DNA of 37,773 nucleotides from a virus (IMGVR_UViG_3300043442_000686:1-37773); one strand, 5' to 3'; positions 26,379-35,573 are shown, counted from the stretch's first letter. Notes: a model not told the origin generated them from the letters alone. Program-made: numbers and translations.

Positions 26379-26537
26379 TTAGGGTCTGAGGTACCGGTCA
26401 ACGCCGCCTGGCCGGCGATAGTAGTTCGTTCCGCCACCAGGGCGCAGGTAGAACGACGCAGCGGGAGGAGGCCCTGGCGGGGTCACCGTGGGCCCCGCAG
26501 GCGTCTTCGAGCGTCGTCTTGAGAGGTAACGAATCAC
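26379..26537 (-). CDS. Small Arg/Pro/Gly-rich protein with YxRPGG repeats (52 aa)
   Basis: Hand translation from a GTG overlapping the upstream TGA: MIRYLSRRRSKTPAGPTVTPPGPPPAASFYLRPGGGTNYYRRPGGVDRYLRP. Confidence 0.65.
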   Translation of the reverse strand: MIRYLSRRRSKTPAGPTVTPPGPPPAASFYLRPGGGTNYYRRPGGVDRYLRP

Positions 26538-26827
26538 AGGCCAGCGCCGCAGATGAAGTTAACCGTCGTTCCGGAAGGCGAGATGATTGCAATGACGTTA
26601 TCATCCTCGAACTTGCCAAGGGACACTTGGCTGCTCGGCATGACGAGATAGTCAGCGGTCGTTGCTGTAATCGTGCCCTGCCCGATGCGGACGTACACCG
26701 GATTGGTTGAACCGGTGTTAGTCACGCAGATGCTGCGGGTGCCAGATTGGATAGTGTAACGAGCGGAGGTTCCAGTTGCTGACTGGGTTTGTCCGCTGCC
26801 GTAAGAGGGATTGAATGGGAGTGTCAT
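26534..26827 (-). CDS. Putative virion structural protein (97 aa)
   Basis: Beta-rich, T/S/G-rich, located in the head-completion block. Confidence 0.7.
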   Translation of the reverse strand: MTLPFNPSYGSGQTQSATGTSARYTIQSGTRSICVTNTGSTNPVYVRIGQGTITATTADYLVMPSSQVSLGKFEDDNVIAIISPSGTTVNFICGAGL

Positions 26828-26828
26828 A

Positions 26829-27272
26829 TTAGCCTACGCGATACCATTTTTGGATGACCGGCTCGAACCGGAGTGTGAAGAAGCCGTTTGCCGCGAGAGT
26901 CGTCGGAACGCCACCTCCGACCGCCCCATTCAGGTTCACCGTCAAAGCGGTGATTGTCTGGGTGGTGTTGACGAGAATCTCTTGGTTTGCCACGCAGCCC
27001 GAGACCTGCGGGAGCTGGATTGTCAGCGAGGCCACTGTGCTAATGGGGGTAAGCACCAGCCACACGCTGTTGTTCGTGCCGCTGATGGCGACCGTTGAGC
27101 CGCTAATCGGCGAGGAGTACTGAATGACCTTGCCATCGTTGACCGTGACGTTCTGCTCAATGAAGTCAGCCACCACCGCTGCGGTGCAGTTGTAGTCGAG
27201 CCCGTTCTGGTTGACAGCAAACAACGTCGAAGGGCTGATGCTGTCGACGTTATCGAGATTTTGAATAGCCAT
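26829..27272 (-). CDS. Putative virion structural protein (147 aa)
   Basis: MAIQNL...LVLTP..ASLTIQLP..QEILV..WYRVG. Start moved to ATG 27272. Confidence 0.75.
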   Translation of the reverse strand: MAIQNLDNVDSISPSTLFAVNQNGLDYNCTAAVVADFIEQNVTVNDGKVIQYSSPISGSTVAISGTNNSVWLVLTPISTVASLTIQLPQVSGCVANQEILVNTTQTITALTVNLNGAVGGGVPTTLAANGFFTLRFEPVIQKWYRVG

Positions 27273-27273
27273 G

Positions 27274-27750
27274 TTAGAGGAAGAGAAGCTGACCGTTGGG
27301 TTGTTGCTCGATGGGGGCGATGGACGGAACCGGCAAGAACGGCCAATCCACATCCTTGTTGCCAGCGCCAGCAGGCATCTGCGAAGGGTACTGTTGCTGG
27401 AGGACGTTGGCGCTCTGCATGAGGAGCGTCTGGTAGCCAGCAATCGCGCCTGTCTTGGTGTCAGGCGAAGGCGATTTGCCGTACTGCGGGGCGATACGCA
27501 TCGCCAGATTCAAGATGATCGCCTCATTCGCCGTGAGCGGCACATTGGTTTGCGTGTCGAGGTCAGCGTTGTCAGGCGAGTTGGTCAAAGGATAGCCAAT
27601 CTGGATGGCTTTCGCGTACCACTGCGCCACCATGGCATCAAGCCGGCGCACCGCTGACTGAAGCTCGTCGGGCGTGAGGTCAAACACGTAAGACGCCAGC
27701 CCGAGTTCCTCAAAAGCGGCCTCAACGAACTGGCGTTTAGTGTATCCCAT
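27274..27750 (-). CDS. Head-tail adaptor (P22 gp4-like)
   Basis: TKRQFVEAAFEELG..LDAMVAQW..IGY..NLAMRIAPQYG..MPAGAGNK. Start moved to ATG 27750. Confidence 0.85.
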   Translation of the reverse strand: MGYTKRQFVEAAFEELGLASYVFDLTPDELQSAVRRLDAMVAQWYAKAIQIGYPLTNSPDNADLDTQTNVPLTANEAIILNLAMRIAPQYGKSPSPDTKTGAIAGYQTLLMQSANVLQQQYPSQMPAGAGNKDVDWPFLPVPSIAPIEQQPNGQLLFL

Positions 27751-27754
27751 GCGG

Positions 27755-28078
27755 TTATTTGCGCTTGCGGCGCGGTTTATCTTCTTCTTCGTCTTCTTCA
27801 GCCAGCAAAACCGGCTCTCCAGCAGCCTCAGGAGCAGGCGCAGCCTCGGATTCGGGCTCGCTGACCACAATCTTCACTTTGGGCTCGTTCTTGAGCCTTA
27901 CAGCGGCCTCAACGGCCTTGTTGTAGACGTCCACGGCCTCTTCAACACTCAAACTCCAGCCCAAAGAGAGGGCTTCATCGAGTTCGTCTTGTGATTCGAC
28001 GCCGCAGTAGTCGTAGGTGCCATATCGCGCAGGGCTTTTGCCTGGCGAGCGGTACACCATGATGGGGAAATCAGTCAT
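27755..28078 (-). CDS. Hypothetical protein downstream of the coat gene
   Basis: [20 protein letters not shown], with an acidic then basic tail. Confidence 0.75.
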   Translation of the reverse strand: MTDFPIMVYRSPGKSPARYGTYDYCGVESQDELDEALSLGWSLSVEEAVDVYNKAVEAAVRLKNEPKVKIVVSEPESEAAPAPEAAGEPVLLAEEDEEEDKPRRKRK

Positions 28079-28236
28079 TTTTTCAGTTTGCCGACGGGTT
28101 TTCCAGCCGCTTGCTTCGCTTTGCGAGCAGTCGAGAGCGCGATTGCAATCGCTTGCTTCTGCGGTTTACCGGACTTCATCTCCTTGCTGATGTTCGAGGA
28201 GATTGTCTTCTGCGAATAACCCTTCTTGAGCGGCAT
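28075..28236 (-). CDS. Small basic protein (53 aa, KQAIAIALS motif)
   Basis: Hand translation: [57 protein letters not shown] overlap with the next gene. Confidence 0.8.
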   Translation of the reverse strand: MPLKKGYSQKTISSNISKEMKSGKPQKQAIAIALSTARKAKQAAGKPVGKLKK

Positions 28237-28250
28237 AAGTCTTTGGTTTC

Positions 28251-28287
28251 AGTAAAGTTAAGGGGATGGCCCCGAAGGGCCACCCCC
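28251..28287 (-). terminator. Terminator/stabilising hairpin after the major capsid gene
   Basis: GGGGGTGGCCC-TTCG-GGGCCATCCCC (cUUCGg loop) followed by a weak U-rich tail TTAACTTT. Confidence 0.7.
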
Positions 28288-28299
28288 CGTTAGCGGGAA

Positions 28300-29619
28300 C
28301 TATACCTGATTGAACAGGATGATTCCACTCATTTCGGGTTGCTTGTTCACAACCCCGTAGAACGTGTCCACACGATACTTGGTCGTGAGGGTGTTCTGGT
28401 CGAAACGCTTGGTCATAACGAGCTCCAACCCTTGGTCGGTTGAACCGCGCATCACCGCAACGCCAGCGTTGTCGGGGAGCGAGTAGCGGCCAGGGAGGAT
28501 TTCAATCGCGTCCTTGTGCCAGAAGCAGTTCACAGGAGCTGCTGCCGTGTTGAGGAGCGTGATTGCCGCGTTGGATGCCTTCGTGTTCGCCACGCAGTTT
28601 TGGTTCTGCGCGGAAGCTGCGTTAGCAACTTGGTTCGTGATGAGCGGCGGGCTGATGACGATTGCTTGGTTACCAGCAGCAGGCGCACTCGCCGAGATGA
28701 CACGGAAGGTCTTAAGCTGACCGGTGTCGCCTTTGGTGATGTGGTGCACTGCGTTGATGCCAGCGATCGTGAACGCGTCGCCTGCGGCCAAAGCCCCAGC
28801 GGAAACTGCCACAGTCAGGGACTGGAAGCGGTTGTCCACGTTGAGACGTTCTGCCGTTGTTGGCGAGGTCGAGATGGCTTTGGGGATGTAGTAGTTCGCG
28901 CCAGCGTCCGTCGTGTTGATGGTCGCTGTAGCAGACCCGGCACCCAAGCGGACCGCGTAGTCGAGCTTGTGGATGTCGAAGGACGCCACCATCCCAACAT
29001 ACGCACGCTCATACGCCTTGTCGGACTTCTGGTTCCCGAAGGAGCGCGAAGCCTTGGCGAGGTCGTTGGCAAGACCGTTGTAGTCCCGCGTGTTGAGCGC
29101 GAGGTAGCGGTCGCCATCCATGATGCCTTGCTCGTTGAAGATGGCCTCGCACTGGGCGACGTCATCGAAACCGCTCGAAGCACCCGCCGCGGTCGTGCGC
29201 TTAACCACCAGCGTGCCCTGATTGGCAGCGATGTTCAGCACCGACACGTTGATGTCAGAAGCGAGTTTCTGCTTGGCGGAGTTGCCAAGGCGTTGCTCTT
29301 GCAGAGCGTCACGAAGCTCTTGAGCGTTGAGCTCGAAAGCCACCGTGCGGGTCTGGTTGATGCTGGCGGGAACTGCCAGCTGGGTGTAGGAGGCGTAGCC
29401 ACCACCAGGGAGTAATGAGATGTCCGTGCCAACCCCTGCATTCGACAACGAGGTCGCAATGTAGGGCTGCGGGCGCCAGATGACGTTGTTGGTGCGCTCC
29501 ATCATCGTCTGGTCTGTGTTATAGATCGAGACGTTACGGGAGAGGACAAGCGCGTCGTTGAACCCCTCAAGGAGGTTTTCAAACGCTACGCGCTCTTCTT
29601 TGTTGAACGAGTTAGCCAT
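28300..29619 (-). CDS. Major capsid protein (P22 coat gp5 family)
   Basis: MANSFNKEERVAFE.., IWRPQPYIA, AKQKLASDIN, AGDAFTIAG.NAVHHITK.DTGQLKTF, YGVVNKQPEMSGI. Confidence 0.93.
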   Translation of the reverse strand: MANSFNKEERVAFENLLEGFNDALVLSRNVSIYNTDQTMMERTNNVIWRPQPYIATSLSNAGVGTDISLLPGGGYASYTQLAVPASINQTRTVAFELNAQELRDALQEQRLGNSAKQKLASDINVSVLNIAANQGTLVVKRTTAAGASSGFDDVAQCEAIFNEQGIMDGDRYLALNTRDYNGLANDLAKASRSFGNQKSDKAYERAYVGMVASFDIHKLDYAVRLGAGSATATINTTDAGANYYIPKAISTSPTTAERLNVDNRFQSLTVAVSAGALAAGDAFTIAGINAVHHITKGDTGQLKTFRVISASAPAAGNQAIVISPPLITNQVANAASAQNQNCVANTKASNAAITLLNTAAAPVNCFWHKDAIEILPGRYSLPDNAGVAVMRGSTDQGLELVMTKRFDQNTLTTKYRVDTFYGVVNKQPEMSGIILFNQV

Positions 29620-29622
29620 AGG

Positions 29623-30495
29623 TTACTTTTTTGACTGCAATTGACGTTTGTAGGCGATTACTTGCGTGTAGTCACCGGTGCGCTCGGCCTTTGCGCGTAG
29701 GTTGTCCAACACTTCGTCGGAACCACCGGTTGACCTAGCCCCGCCGGACGGTGGGGTCTTCTCTGGAGGAGGAGCAGTTTTCTTTGTCACCTTGAGTTGT
29801 GTTTCGAGTTTTGCCACCGCAAACGCGAATCTCACTGGGTCTTTTATCTCAGAGAGTTCTTTCGCTTTCTTGGGGTTTTTACCCAGCGCGTACACCAGCA
29901 ATGCCGAGTTGTCTGAACCCTGCAACAGGATCCCTTGTTGAGTCGTGTTCAACACCTCTTGCACCGCAGATTCGGCATCTTCGTAGTCTCGAACCTTCAG
30001 CTCAGTCTTCGACTTCGCGTAGTTCTCAAGCTTCTTGTGCCATTCTGCTTGTTGGGCTTGCTGCTCTTCCTCGGCCTTGGCTTGGAGTTCAGTAGCTTTC
30101 CGTTTCCGGTCAAACCACTCTGCCAGCTTGGCCTCGTACTTTTCCGTGTCGTAATCGGCGCCTTCCAGTGTCGGCTTCGGCCCAGGGTCAACCGGATTGT
30201 TCTCAGTTGCCGATATTGCCTTCAGCTTCTCTTCTAGCTCCCGATTCTTACGGTGCAGTTCCCGATTGGTTTTACGCACTTCACGCACCCATTCAGGTGC
30301 CTTCTCTGCGTCCTCTTTCTGGGTCGGCGAATCCCCGATACTGACGTCAATCTCTTCCGAAGAGTCCGCTACACCGTCTTTAGCTGGCTCCGAGGCCACC
30401 GGCGTACCGGTCTCCTCAGCCACAGCCTCCGCTACGGGAGCTTCCTCATCTTCCAAGACAACTTCAGCATCTACTGCCGTGTTGTTGTTCTCCAT
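29623..30495 (-). CDS. Scaffolding protein
   Basis: Acidic N-terminus, coiled coil, KPTLE..DYD, C-terminal AERTGDYTQVIAYKRQ. Lies between portal and coat. Confidence 0.85.
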   Translation of the reverse strand: MENNNTAVDAEVVLEDEEAPVAEAVAEETGTPVASEPAKDGVADSSEEIDVSIGDSPTQKEDAEKAPEWVREVRKTNRELHRKNRELEEKLKAISATENNPVDPGPKPTLEGADYDTEKYEAKLAEWFDRKRKATELQAKAEEEQQAQQAEWHKKLENYAKSKTELKVRDYEDAESAVQEVLNTTQQGILLQGSDNSALLVYALGKNPKKAKELSEIKDPVRFAFAVAKLETQLKVTKKTAPPPEKTPPSGGARSTGGSDEVLDNLRAKAERTGDYTQVIAYKRQLQSKK

Positions 30496-30521
30496 TTTTT
30501 CTCAATTAGTGGGTCTGTCCA

Positions 30522-32570
30522 CTAAAATGTTTGCACCGGCGCTACCAGCTTCTGCACATCGTCCTCGATGCGGTCCGCCAGCTTCATCGCCTTGTCCTGA
30601 TCAATCTGACCAGCCTTTGCAATCGTTTCCTCAGTCTTCGCCCGCGTCTCCTCGGCCTTGGCGAGCGTAAGCACCGTGTCGGCCTGTGCCTTTGTAGCGA
30701 GCGCATTTGCCCTTTGCGCCTCTGCTGCGAAGTACTGCGTCTGTGCGTCCGGTTGGGCGTTCTGGGCCTCGGCAAGGAGCTCCTGAGCCTCTTGCTCGGT
30801 GGGTTTAACCGCCCCCATCTTGAGCAGCTTCTTGCGAAAGTACGTCCGCACGTCCCCAAGCCCTTCGCCTTCCATGTTCATCATCGCCATCGACGAGAGC
30901 ACGTTCATCGTCTCCGGATCTTGTGTCACCGCCATCATCGAGAGCAGCGCCTGCACCGTCGCTTGCCGCTTCGTTGTTGAAGACGGTCCCACGTCCACCG
31001 CCACGTCAAACTCGGCTTCAGACAGGTCGTTGTCGTACTCAAGCTCACCGCTCTCAGGGTTAATCACCGGTGTCATGAGCTCAATCTCGTCCTGCTCGCC
31101 GTTGGACGTCACAACCTTCATCTTGCGCTTATCTTCGACGAACACGTCTTTGGCCATGGACAACCAAATCTCGCCCACGCGCTTAATGGCTTTCGCCATG
31201 TTCGACACGTAGATGTAGCTCTGCATATCGAGCCGCTGCATCACCAAGTCCACGGCTTTGCTGGTAACGTGGGACACCATCTTGTCCCCGTTGCCTTGGC
31301 TCCCAAGGAGCTGCTGCATATCAATGTCCGTAACCCCCAACAACGCCGCCATCGCAGGCGGTACCTGCGGGGCTTTTGTGTACGCAATCGGCGGCGCCGG
31401 TTGTACCGCGCCTTGCGCGTCCGTAATGCCGTTCACGAGCAAATACGGATAGTTCTTGAGGTTGTCTTCCGCCCACATCACTTGGTGCCCCGCCACCTGC
31501 TCCGGCATGAAGATAGGCTTCTCCATGGACGAGAGCGCCGAAATCTCTGCGAGCTTAGAGAGCTGCATGTTCTTTAGGCGCTGCATGTCTTTCGCCAGCC
31601 GAACGTGCCCCATGCACCGCTCCACGTTGTCCACAAACCACCGCTTCCCATACACCGGCACAATCGGGATGCACCGCCCCGCAATGTACCCGCAGTCCTC
31701 AAGGATTTTGCCCCCAGACATAATCCACTTGTGCACCTTCTTCTGCTTAATCTTCTTGCGCTTAACTTCCTTGTACCCAAGCGCCTCCATCTCCTCCATC
31801 TTGCCTTCCTTTAGCACCGACAAAAGCTCCTTTTCCTCGTCTCCCGTAAGCCCCTCAAACGTCACCATGTAGTCCGTCGTCTCCTCCACGCGGTAGTACT
31901 CCGCCACATACACCACATCCGGCGTCTGCCAGTCGAACTGGGTGCGCGTAATCTCTTTCGGCCACGTCGTGGGGTCGTCCCCCCACTCCGCCTCGTAGTC
32001 TTCGCGGGTTAAGGCCGTAATCACAAAGCACCGCTTCGCGTCTGCTTTGTCCTGCCGCTTCGCGTTCAAGTCAAAGTACACCGAGGAGTCCGCGTCGTAA
32101 ATCGGCTCAATGCAGATGCGCTGCTCGTCGCTCTCACCGCTGTACTCGTCCTCGTACTCGTTGCGCAAGCGCAACGCCCCAAACCCACCGGTTACCGCCT
32201 CTTCAAAGGCGTTGTCGTACGCCTCCTCAGCACTCGAGTCCACTTCTGTCGCCCGAAACAGCCCGTTGCACGTCTCCGCCAGTGACTCGTACTCTTTCTC
32301 CTTGGGGACGTACTCCACCGTGATGCGGTTCGACCGGTAGTCGTTAATGATGCGCATCACCGCCAGCTGCGTCTTGTTCACCTCAAACCTCGGCCGGTTC
32401 TCGTACTGCTCAGAAAGCGGCCCCTCCCATTGTGCGCCCGGAATAGAACAAAACCGGCGGTCTTGCAGGCACTGCAAACGCTCGTTCCTGAGCACCTCTT
32501 GTATGCGGTCAAACTCCGCAAGCGCGTCCGCGTGGACCTTAACCGGATCGTTCTTCATGCTCATTATCAT
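30522..32570 (-). CDS. Portal protein (P22 gp1 family)
   Basis: DRRF..GAQW..RPRFEVNK, AYDNAFEEAVTGGFGA, IPIVPVYGKRWFVDNVERCMGHVRLAKD, helical barrel tail. Confidence 0.93.
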   Translation of the reverse strand: MIMSMKNDPVKVHADALAEFDRIQEVLRNERLQCLQDRRFCSIPGAQWEGPLSEQYENRPRFEVNKTQLAVMRIINDYRSNRITVEYVPKEKEYESLAETCNGLFRATEVDSSAEEAYDNAFEEAVTGGFGALRLRNEYEDEYSGESDEQRICIEPIYDADSSVYFDLNAKRQDKADAKRCFVITALTREDYEAEWGDDPTTWPKEITRTQFDWQTPDVVYVAEYYRVEETTDYMVTFEGLTGDEEKELLSVLKEGKMEEMEALGYKEVKRKKIKQKKVHKWIMSGGKILEDCGYIAGRCIPIVPVYGKRWFVDNVERCMGHVRLAKDMQRLKNMQLSKLAEISALSSMEKPIFMPEQVAGHQVMWAEDNLKNYPYLLVNGITDAQGAVQPAPPIAYTKAPQVPPAMAALLGVTDIDMQQLLGSQGNGDKMVSHVTSKAVDLVMQRLDMQSYIYVSNMAKAIKRVGEIWLSMAKDVFVEDKRKMKVVTSNGEQDEIELMTPVINPESGELEYDNDLSEAEFDVAVDVGPSSTTKRQATVQALLSMMAVTQDPETMNVLSSMAMMNMEGEGLGDVRTYFRKKLLKMGAVKPTEQEAQELLAEAQNAQPDAQTQYFAAEAQRANALATKAQADTVLTLAKAEETRAKTEETIAKAGQIDQDKAMKLADRIEDDVQKLVAPVQTF

Positions 32571-32655
32571 GCGGGTTTAAGGGCTTGTGTCAATGGGGCT
32601 CGGGGTAGGTTGCAGGGGCTTGAGGGGACTCGGGGCTCGTGGACTTGGGGGTTTG
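32571..32655 (-). promoter_or_regulatory. Putative promoter of the portal/capsid operon with six CRAGYCC repeats
   Basis: Minus strand TTGACA-N16-CATGAT just before the portal ATGs. GGRCTYG on the plus strand at 32581, 32596, 32616, 32626, 32633 and 32641. Confidence 0.5.
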
Positions 32656-34101
32656 CTACTTCTTCGAGAAGAAGTTCATCACCGGTACCACGTCAATGAG
32701 CTTCTGCATCCGCTTCTTCAGACTCAAGGCCGCTCGGTTCAGCCCGCTCACCACCAAGTACCGCGTCGCATCCATCAAGTGGTCGTTCTCCTTAACGACT
32801 CTGCCTTTGTCGTCCCGCCGGTACAACCGGAACTCCGCCACCCAGTTCGTCATGCTCTTAAACACCTTCAGGCGTCCCGTCGACATCCGCTGCCACACGT
32901 CGTAAATCCCCGTCTCCACCGCGTTGTTCGCCACCGTCAAGTCCAGCCCCATCTGCCGGTAACGCACAAACAACTGCTGCCCGTCCACCTGCGTTCTCCC
33001 ACGCGACGCCGGATCAATCACCCCAGGGATACCGCGCCCACGCGCATTTATCGCCTCCGCGTGAATCGCCGGCTCTGCCTGCCCACGGTAGTGCTCCGAG
33101 TACAGGTACAACGTGTCGCTCTGCTGGTCTAACGCGCCAAACACCGCCGCTGTTTTGTTCCACCCAACGTCCATCCCAAACACTCTCGGCCAGTGCACCG
33201 GTACCTCGAAGTCAGGCACAACAAGCTCGCTCTCCGGTACCGGATATATCGCCCCTGCCCCCAACTGCGGCACGCCCTTTGACCGCGCATCCCTCTGAAA
33301 GGGCGGTATACTCGACCACAAGTCCTCCTTCTGCTTCGCACTCAAGTGCGGCACATCGTCCCACGTCGCCATCCCCACGTACTTCGTCCCCTCCGCCCGC
33401 TCCGCGACCTCACCGTCCTTCAAGAACGCCATCACCGTCTCCGACATCCCCAAGAGCGGCGTAAACGTCAGCATCACCATACCGTCGTTCGTCATCGTTC
33501 GCAGCAGCGACTCCGTGTAGATGTCCAACGGCGGCTCCTCGTCCAGCCAGATGATGTCCTGCTCCGTCCCCTGGAAGCTCTCGCGGCGCTGGTCGTAGCT
33601 CTTGAGCGTTAACCGCGACTCGCCCCCTGATGCGTGCCGCACCACGATGATTTCCACCGCGTCCGCAATACCGGCCTTGGCCGATACCCGCAGGATGTCT
33701 TCCTTCGGGATGAGGCCCGTGCCGTGACTTCCAGCCGGTCCCAGCAGCTTCGTCTGCAAGATGTCCCGTGAGGTCTTACCGGTGTCCCCTGCCGCCCACG
33801 CCGAGATGGGGCGGTCGAACCGACGGCCCGTCCACCATGAGGGGTACCGGCCCGTGAGGTGTACCGCCATCTCGAAGCCGCCGATGCCTTCGGTCTTACC
33901 GACGCGGTTAGCCGCCATCATCAGACGCTCCTTGTACCGCGCCCCCGCCTCGAAGAAGGCGGTGTGCTTCTTGTAAAGCTCCCGCCGCAGGGGGCCGGTG
34001 TCGGGGTAGTAACCGAGCAACCGGCGCTCGCGCTTGCGCCTCTGGAGTTCCTCGAGGCACATGACCAGTTCTGCTTTCTCTTCTGGACTGAGTTCTTTCA
34101 C
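32656..34101 (-). CDS. terL: Terminase large subunit
   Basis: Walker A AANRVGKT, Walker B IIWLDEEP, LTFTP, RNase H-like GMDVGW and DHLMDATRY. Confidence 0.95.
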   Translation of the reverse strand: MKELSPEEKAELVMCLEELQRRKRERRLLGYYPDTGPLRRELYKKHTAFFEAGARYKERLMMAANRVGKTEGIGGFEMAVHLTGRYPSWWTGRRFDRPISAWAAGDTGKTSRDILQTKLLGPAGSHGTGLIPKEDILRVSAKAGIADAVEIIVVRHASGGESRLTLKSYDQRRESFQGTEQDIIWLDEEPPLDIYTESLLRTMTNDGMVMLTFTPLLGMSETVMAFLKDGEVAERAEGTKYVGMATWDDVPHLSAKQKEDLWSSIPPFQRDARSKGVPQLGAGAIYPVPESELVVPDFEVPVHWPRVFGMDVGWNKTAAVFGALDQQSDTLYLYSEHYRGQAEPAIHAEAINARGRGIPGVIDPASRGRTQVDGQQLFVRYRQMGLDLTVANNAVETGIYDVWQRMSTGRLKVFKSMTNWVAEFRLYRRDDKGRVVKENDHLMDATRYLVVSGLNRAALSLKKRMQKLIDVVPVMNFFSKK

Positions 34102-34322
34102 GGTCTAATAGCGACATTCACGGAGACGCCGCCGTCTCCGCTGTAAGTTCCGGATGGGTTCAGGGGGTTTTAGGTATGTTTGGATTCGTGATTTGTTTAT
34201 AAGTCAAAATGCAAACTAGTACTGGAATCCCTGAATGCTGATACTAAACGCGTTTTGATTGAATGGAATCACTATGAGTTAAGCTATTAGTCTTTACAAT
34301 CGCAGTCATGTATACTTGAACA

Positions 34323-34664
34323 TCAAGTACCACTTTTCTCTCCAACCTCCACAGCGTCAACTACTTCCCCCGTTTCGATGCCTGCTGGAGAGAGTCCTTC
34401 CCGCAGCATGCCCGCTACCCTTTGCCGAATCTCAGCGTCTGATAGCGTTGCGACAGTCGCAGCCGTTGCGTCAGGCGTAGCGTTTCTAGGTAGAACCCTT
34501 GCCAATAGTGCGCAGTAGGTACGCGGTTCACGCCTTCCTACTTCCTCCAGGTACGAAGCGCCCCCCAGGCGTTCGAAAGAAGCGAGGATCGCTTCCTTCA
34601 GCGTCAATGATGCCTTGTTTGGCGTTCCCGCCTGCCTTCCGCCTGTCTTGAAACCTAGAGCCAT
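34323..34664 (-). CDS. terS: Terminase small subunit (putative)
   Basis: GFKTGGRQAGTPNK..LKEAIL.SFERLGG..YL motif, directly upstream of terL. Confidence 0.75.
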   Translation of the reverse strand: MALGFKTGGRQAGTPNKASLTLKEAILASFERLGGASYLEEVGRREPRTYCALLARVLPRNATPDATAATVATLSDAEIRQRVAGMLREGLSPAGIETGEVVDAVEVGEKSGT

Positions 34665-34719
34665 CGAACCAATCCACTACAGACCATAGAGGCAGTGAAG
34701 CGAGACACTCTTTTCTCTC

Positions 34720-34822
34720 TGCGCGCATTTTTTGCGCATTTTCTCATTGCAATCCCCCGCATGTTGCACCAACATTGCACCAAGCTTGCACGTTGCAAGC
34801 GAGACAAAACCAACACAAACCC
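34720..34822 (+). promoter_or_regulatory. Divergent promoter/operator region for the plus-strand early operon
   Basis: TTGCAA-N17-CAACAT (34747-34775), TTGCACCAA x2 (34764, 34775), palindromes ATGTTG-cac-CAACAT and GCTTGCA-cgt-TGCAAGC (34784-34800). Confidence 0.5.
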
Positions 34823-34978
34823 ATGAAAACCAACCTCTTATCCCTCGGATTCTTCACCCTCATCGCAGCCGACACCCTCGCGTTGTCTCAACTCACACTC
34901 ACGCTCCCTGAGGCGCTCTGCGTCATGGCGCTCTTCCTCTGGTCGACCGTCCTCTTGTGGCGTTCGCTTCTTTCCTAA
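34823..34978 (+). CDS. Small membrane protein (51 aa, 2 hydrophobic segments)
   Basis: MKTNLLSLGFFTLIAA...LCVMALFLWSTVLLWR, with an A/C-rich leader. Confidence 0.65.
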   Translation: MKTNLLSLGFFTLIAADTLALSQLTLTLPEALCVMALFLWSTVLLWRSLLS

Positions 34979-35026
34979 ACCCCTTTCCGCGAGTCAGTAA
35001 AACCAAACCAAAACCAAAAAACAAAA

Positions 35027-35551
35027 ATGAAAACACAAAACTGCACTGAAGTGTCTCCCGCTGTATATGTTGGAACGTACGCGAAATACGTATCCGGCTC
35101 CATCAAGGGAGCGTGGATAAAGTTAGAAGGCCACACCGCAGAGAGCTTTAGGGAAGCTTGCCTAGAGCTCCACGCTGACGAATCGGACCCAGAGCTCATG
35201 TTTCAGGATTTTGAAGGCTTCCCTCGCGCCTTCTACAGCGAAAGCTCTTTGTCTCAAAGCCTTTGGGAGTGGTTAGACTGTAACGACTCCGACCAAGCCA
35301 TTTGGGAAGCTTTTACCGAGTGCTTCGGATACTCCTTTGAAGAAACCACTCTGCAACAGGCGCTTGATGCGTACGTTGGCGATTACGACTCAACCGAAGC
35401 CTTCGCCGAAGAGTATGTTTCGGAACATTACGACCTGAACGCAATCCCCTCATTCTTGGGCGCTTGCATCGACTGGCAAGCGGTTTGGAATAGTATGCTG
35501 CGCTTCGACTTTTGCGAGCACAACGGGTGCTTTTTCTATTCAAATCACTAA
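35027..35551 (+). CDS. ardA: Antirestriction protein ArdA (DNA mimic, type I RM inhibitor)
   Basis: VYVGTYAKY.SGSIKGAWI.L, ELHADESDPELMFQDFEGFP..FYSES, YVGDYDSTEAFAEE, IDWQAV. Strongly acidic. Confidence 0.92.
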   Translation: MKTQNCTEVSPAVYVGTYAKYVSGSIKGAWIKLEGHTAESFREACLELHADESDPELMFQDFEGFPRAFYSESSLSQSLWEWLDCNDSDQAIWEAFTECFGYSFEETTLQQALDAYVGDYDSTEAFAEEYVSEHYDLNAIPSFLGACIDWQAVWNSMLRFDFCEHNGCFFYSNH

Positions 35552-35573
35552 GCGCCAACCGCTAACCCGCACC

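Noticed and set aside
28516-29415. 299 aa plus-strand ORF (and similar ones at 2171-2935, 7471-8148, 12274-13062)
   Set aside because: Antisense shadows of well-supported genes in GC-rich DNA, with no recognisable motifs
30496-30530. TTAGTGG-N6-CCACTAA hairpin over the portal stop as a terminator
   Set aside because: Short stem and no U-tract on the coding strand. At most a translational element for the scaffold gene.
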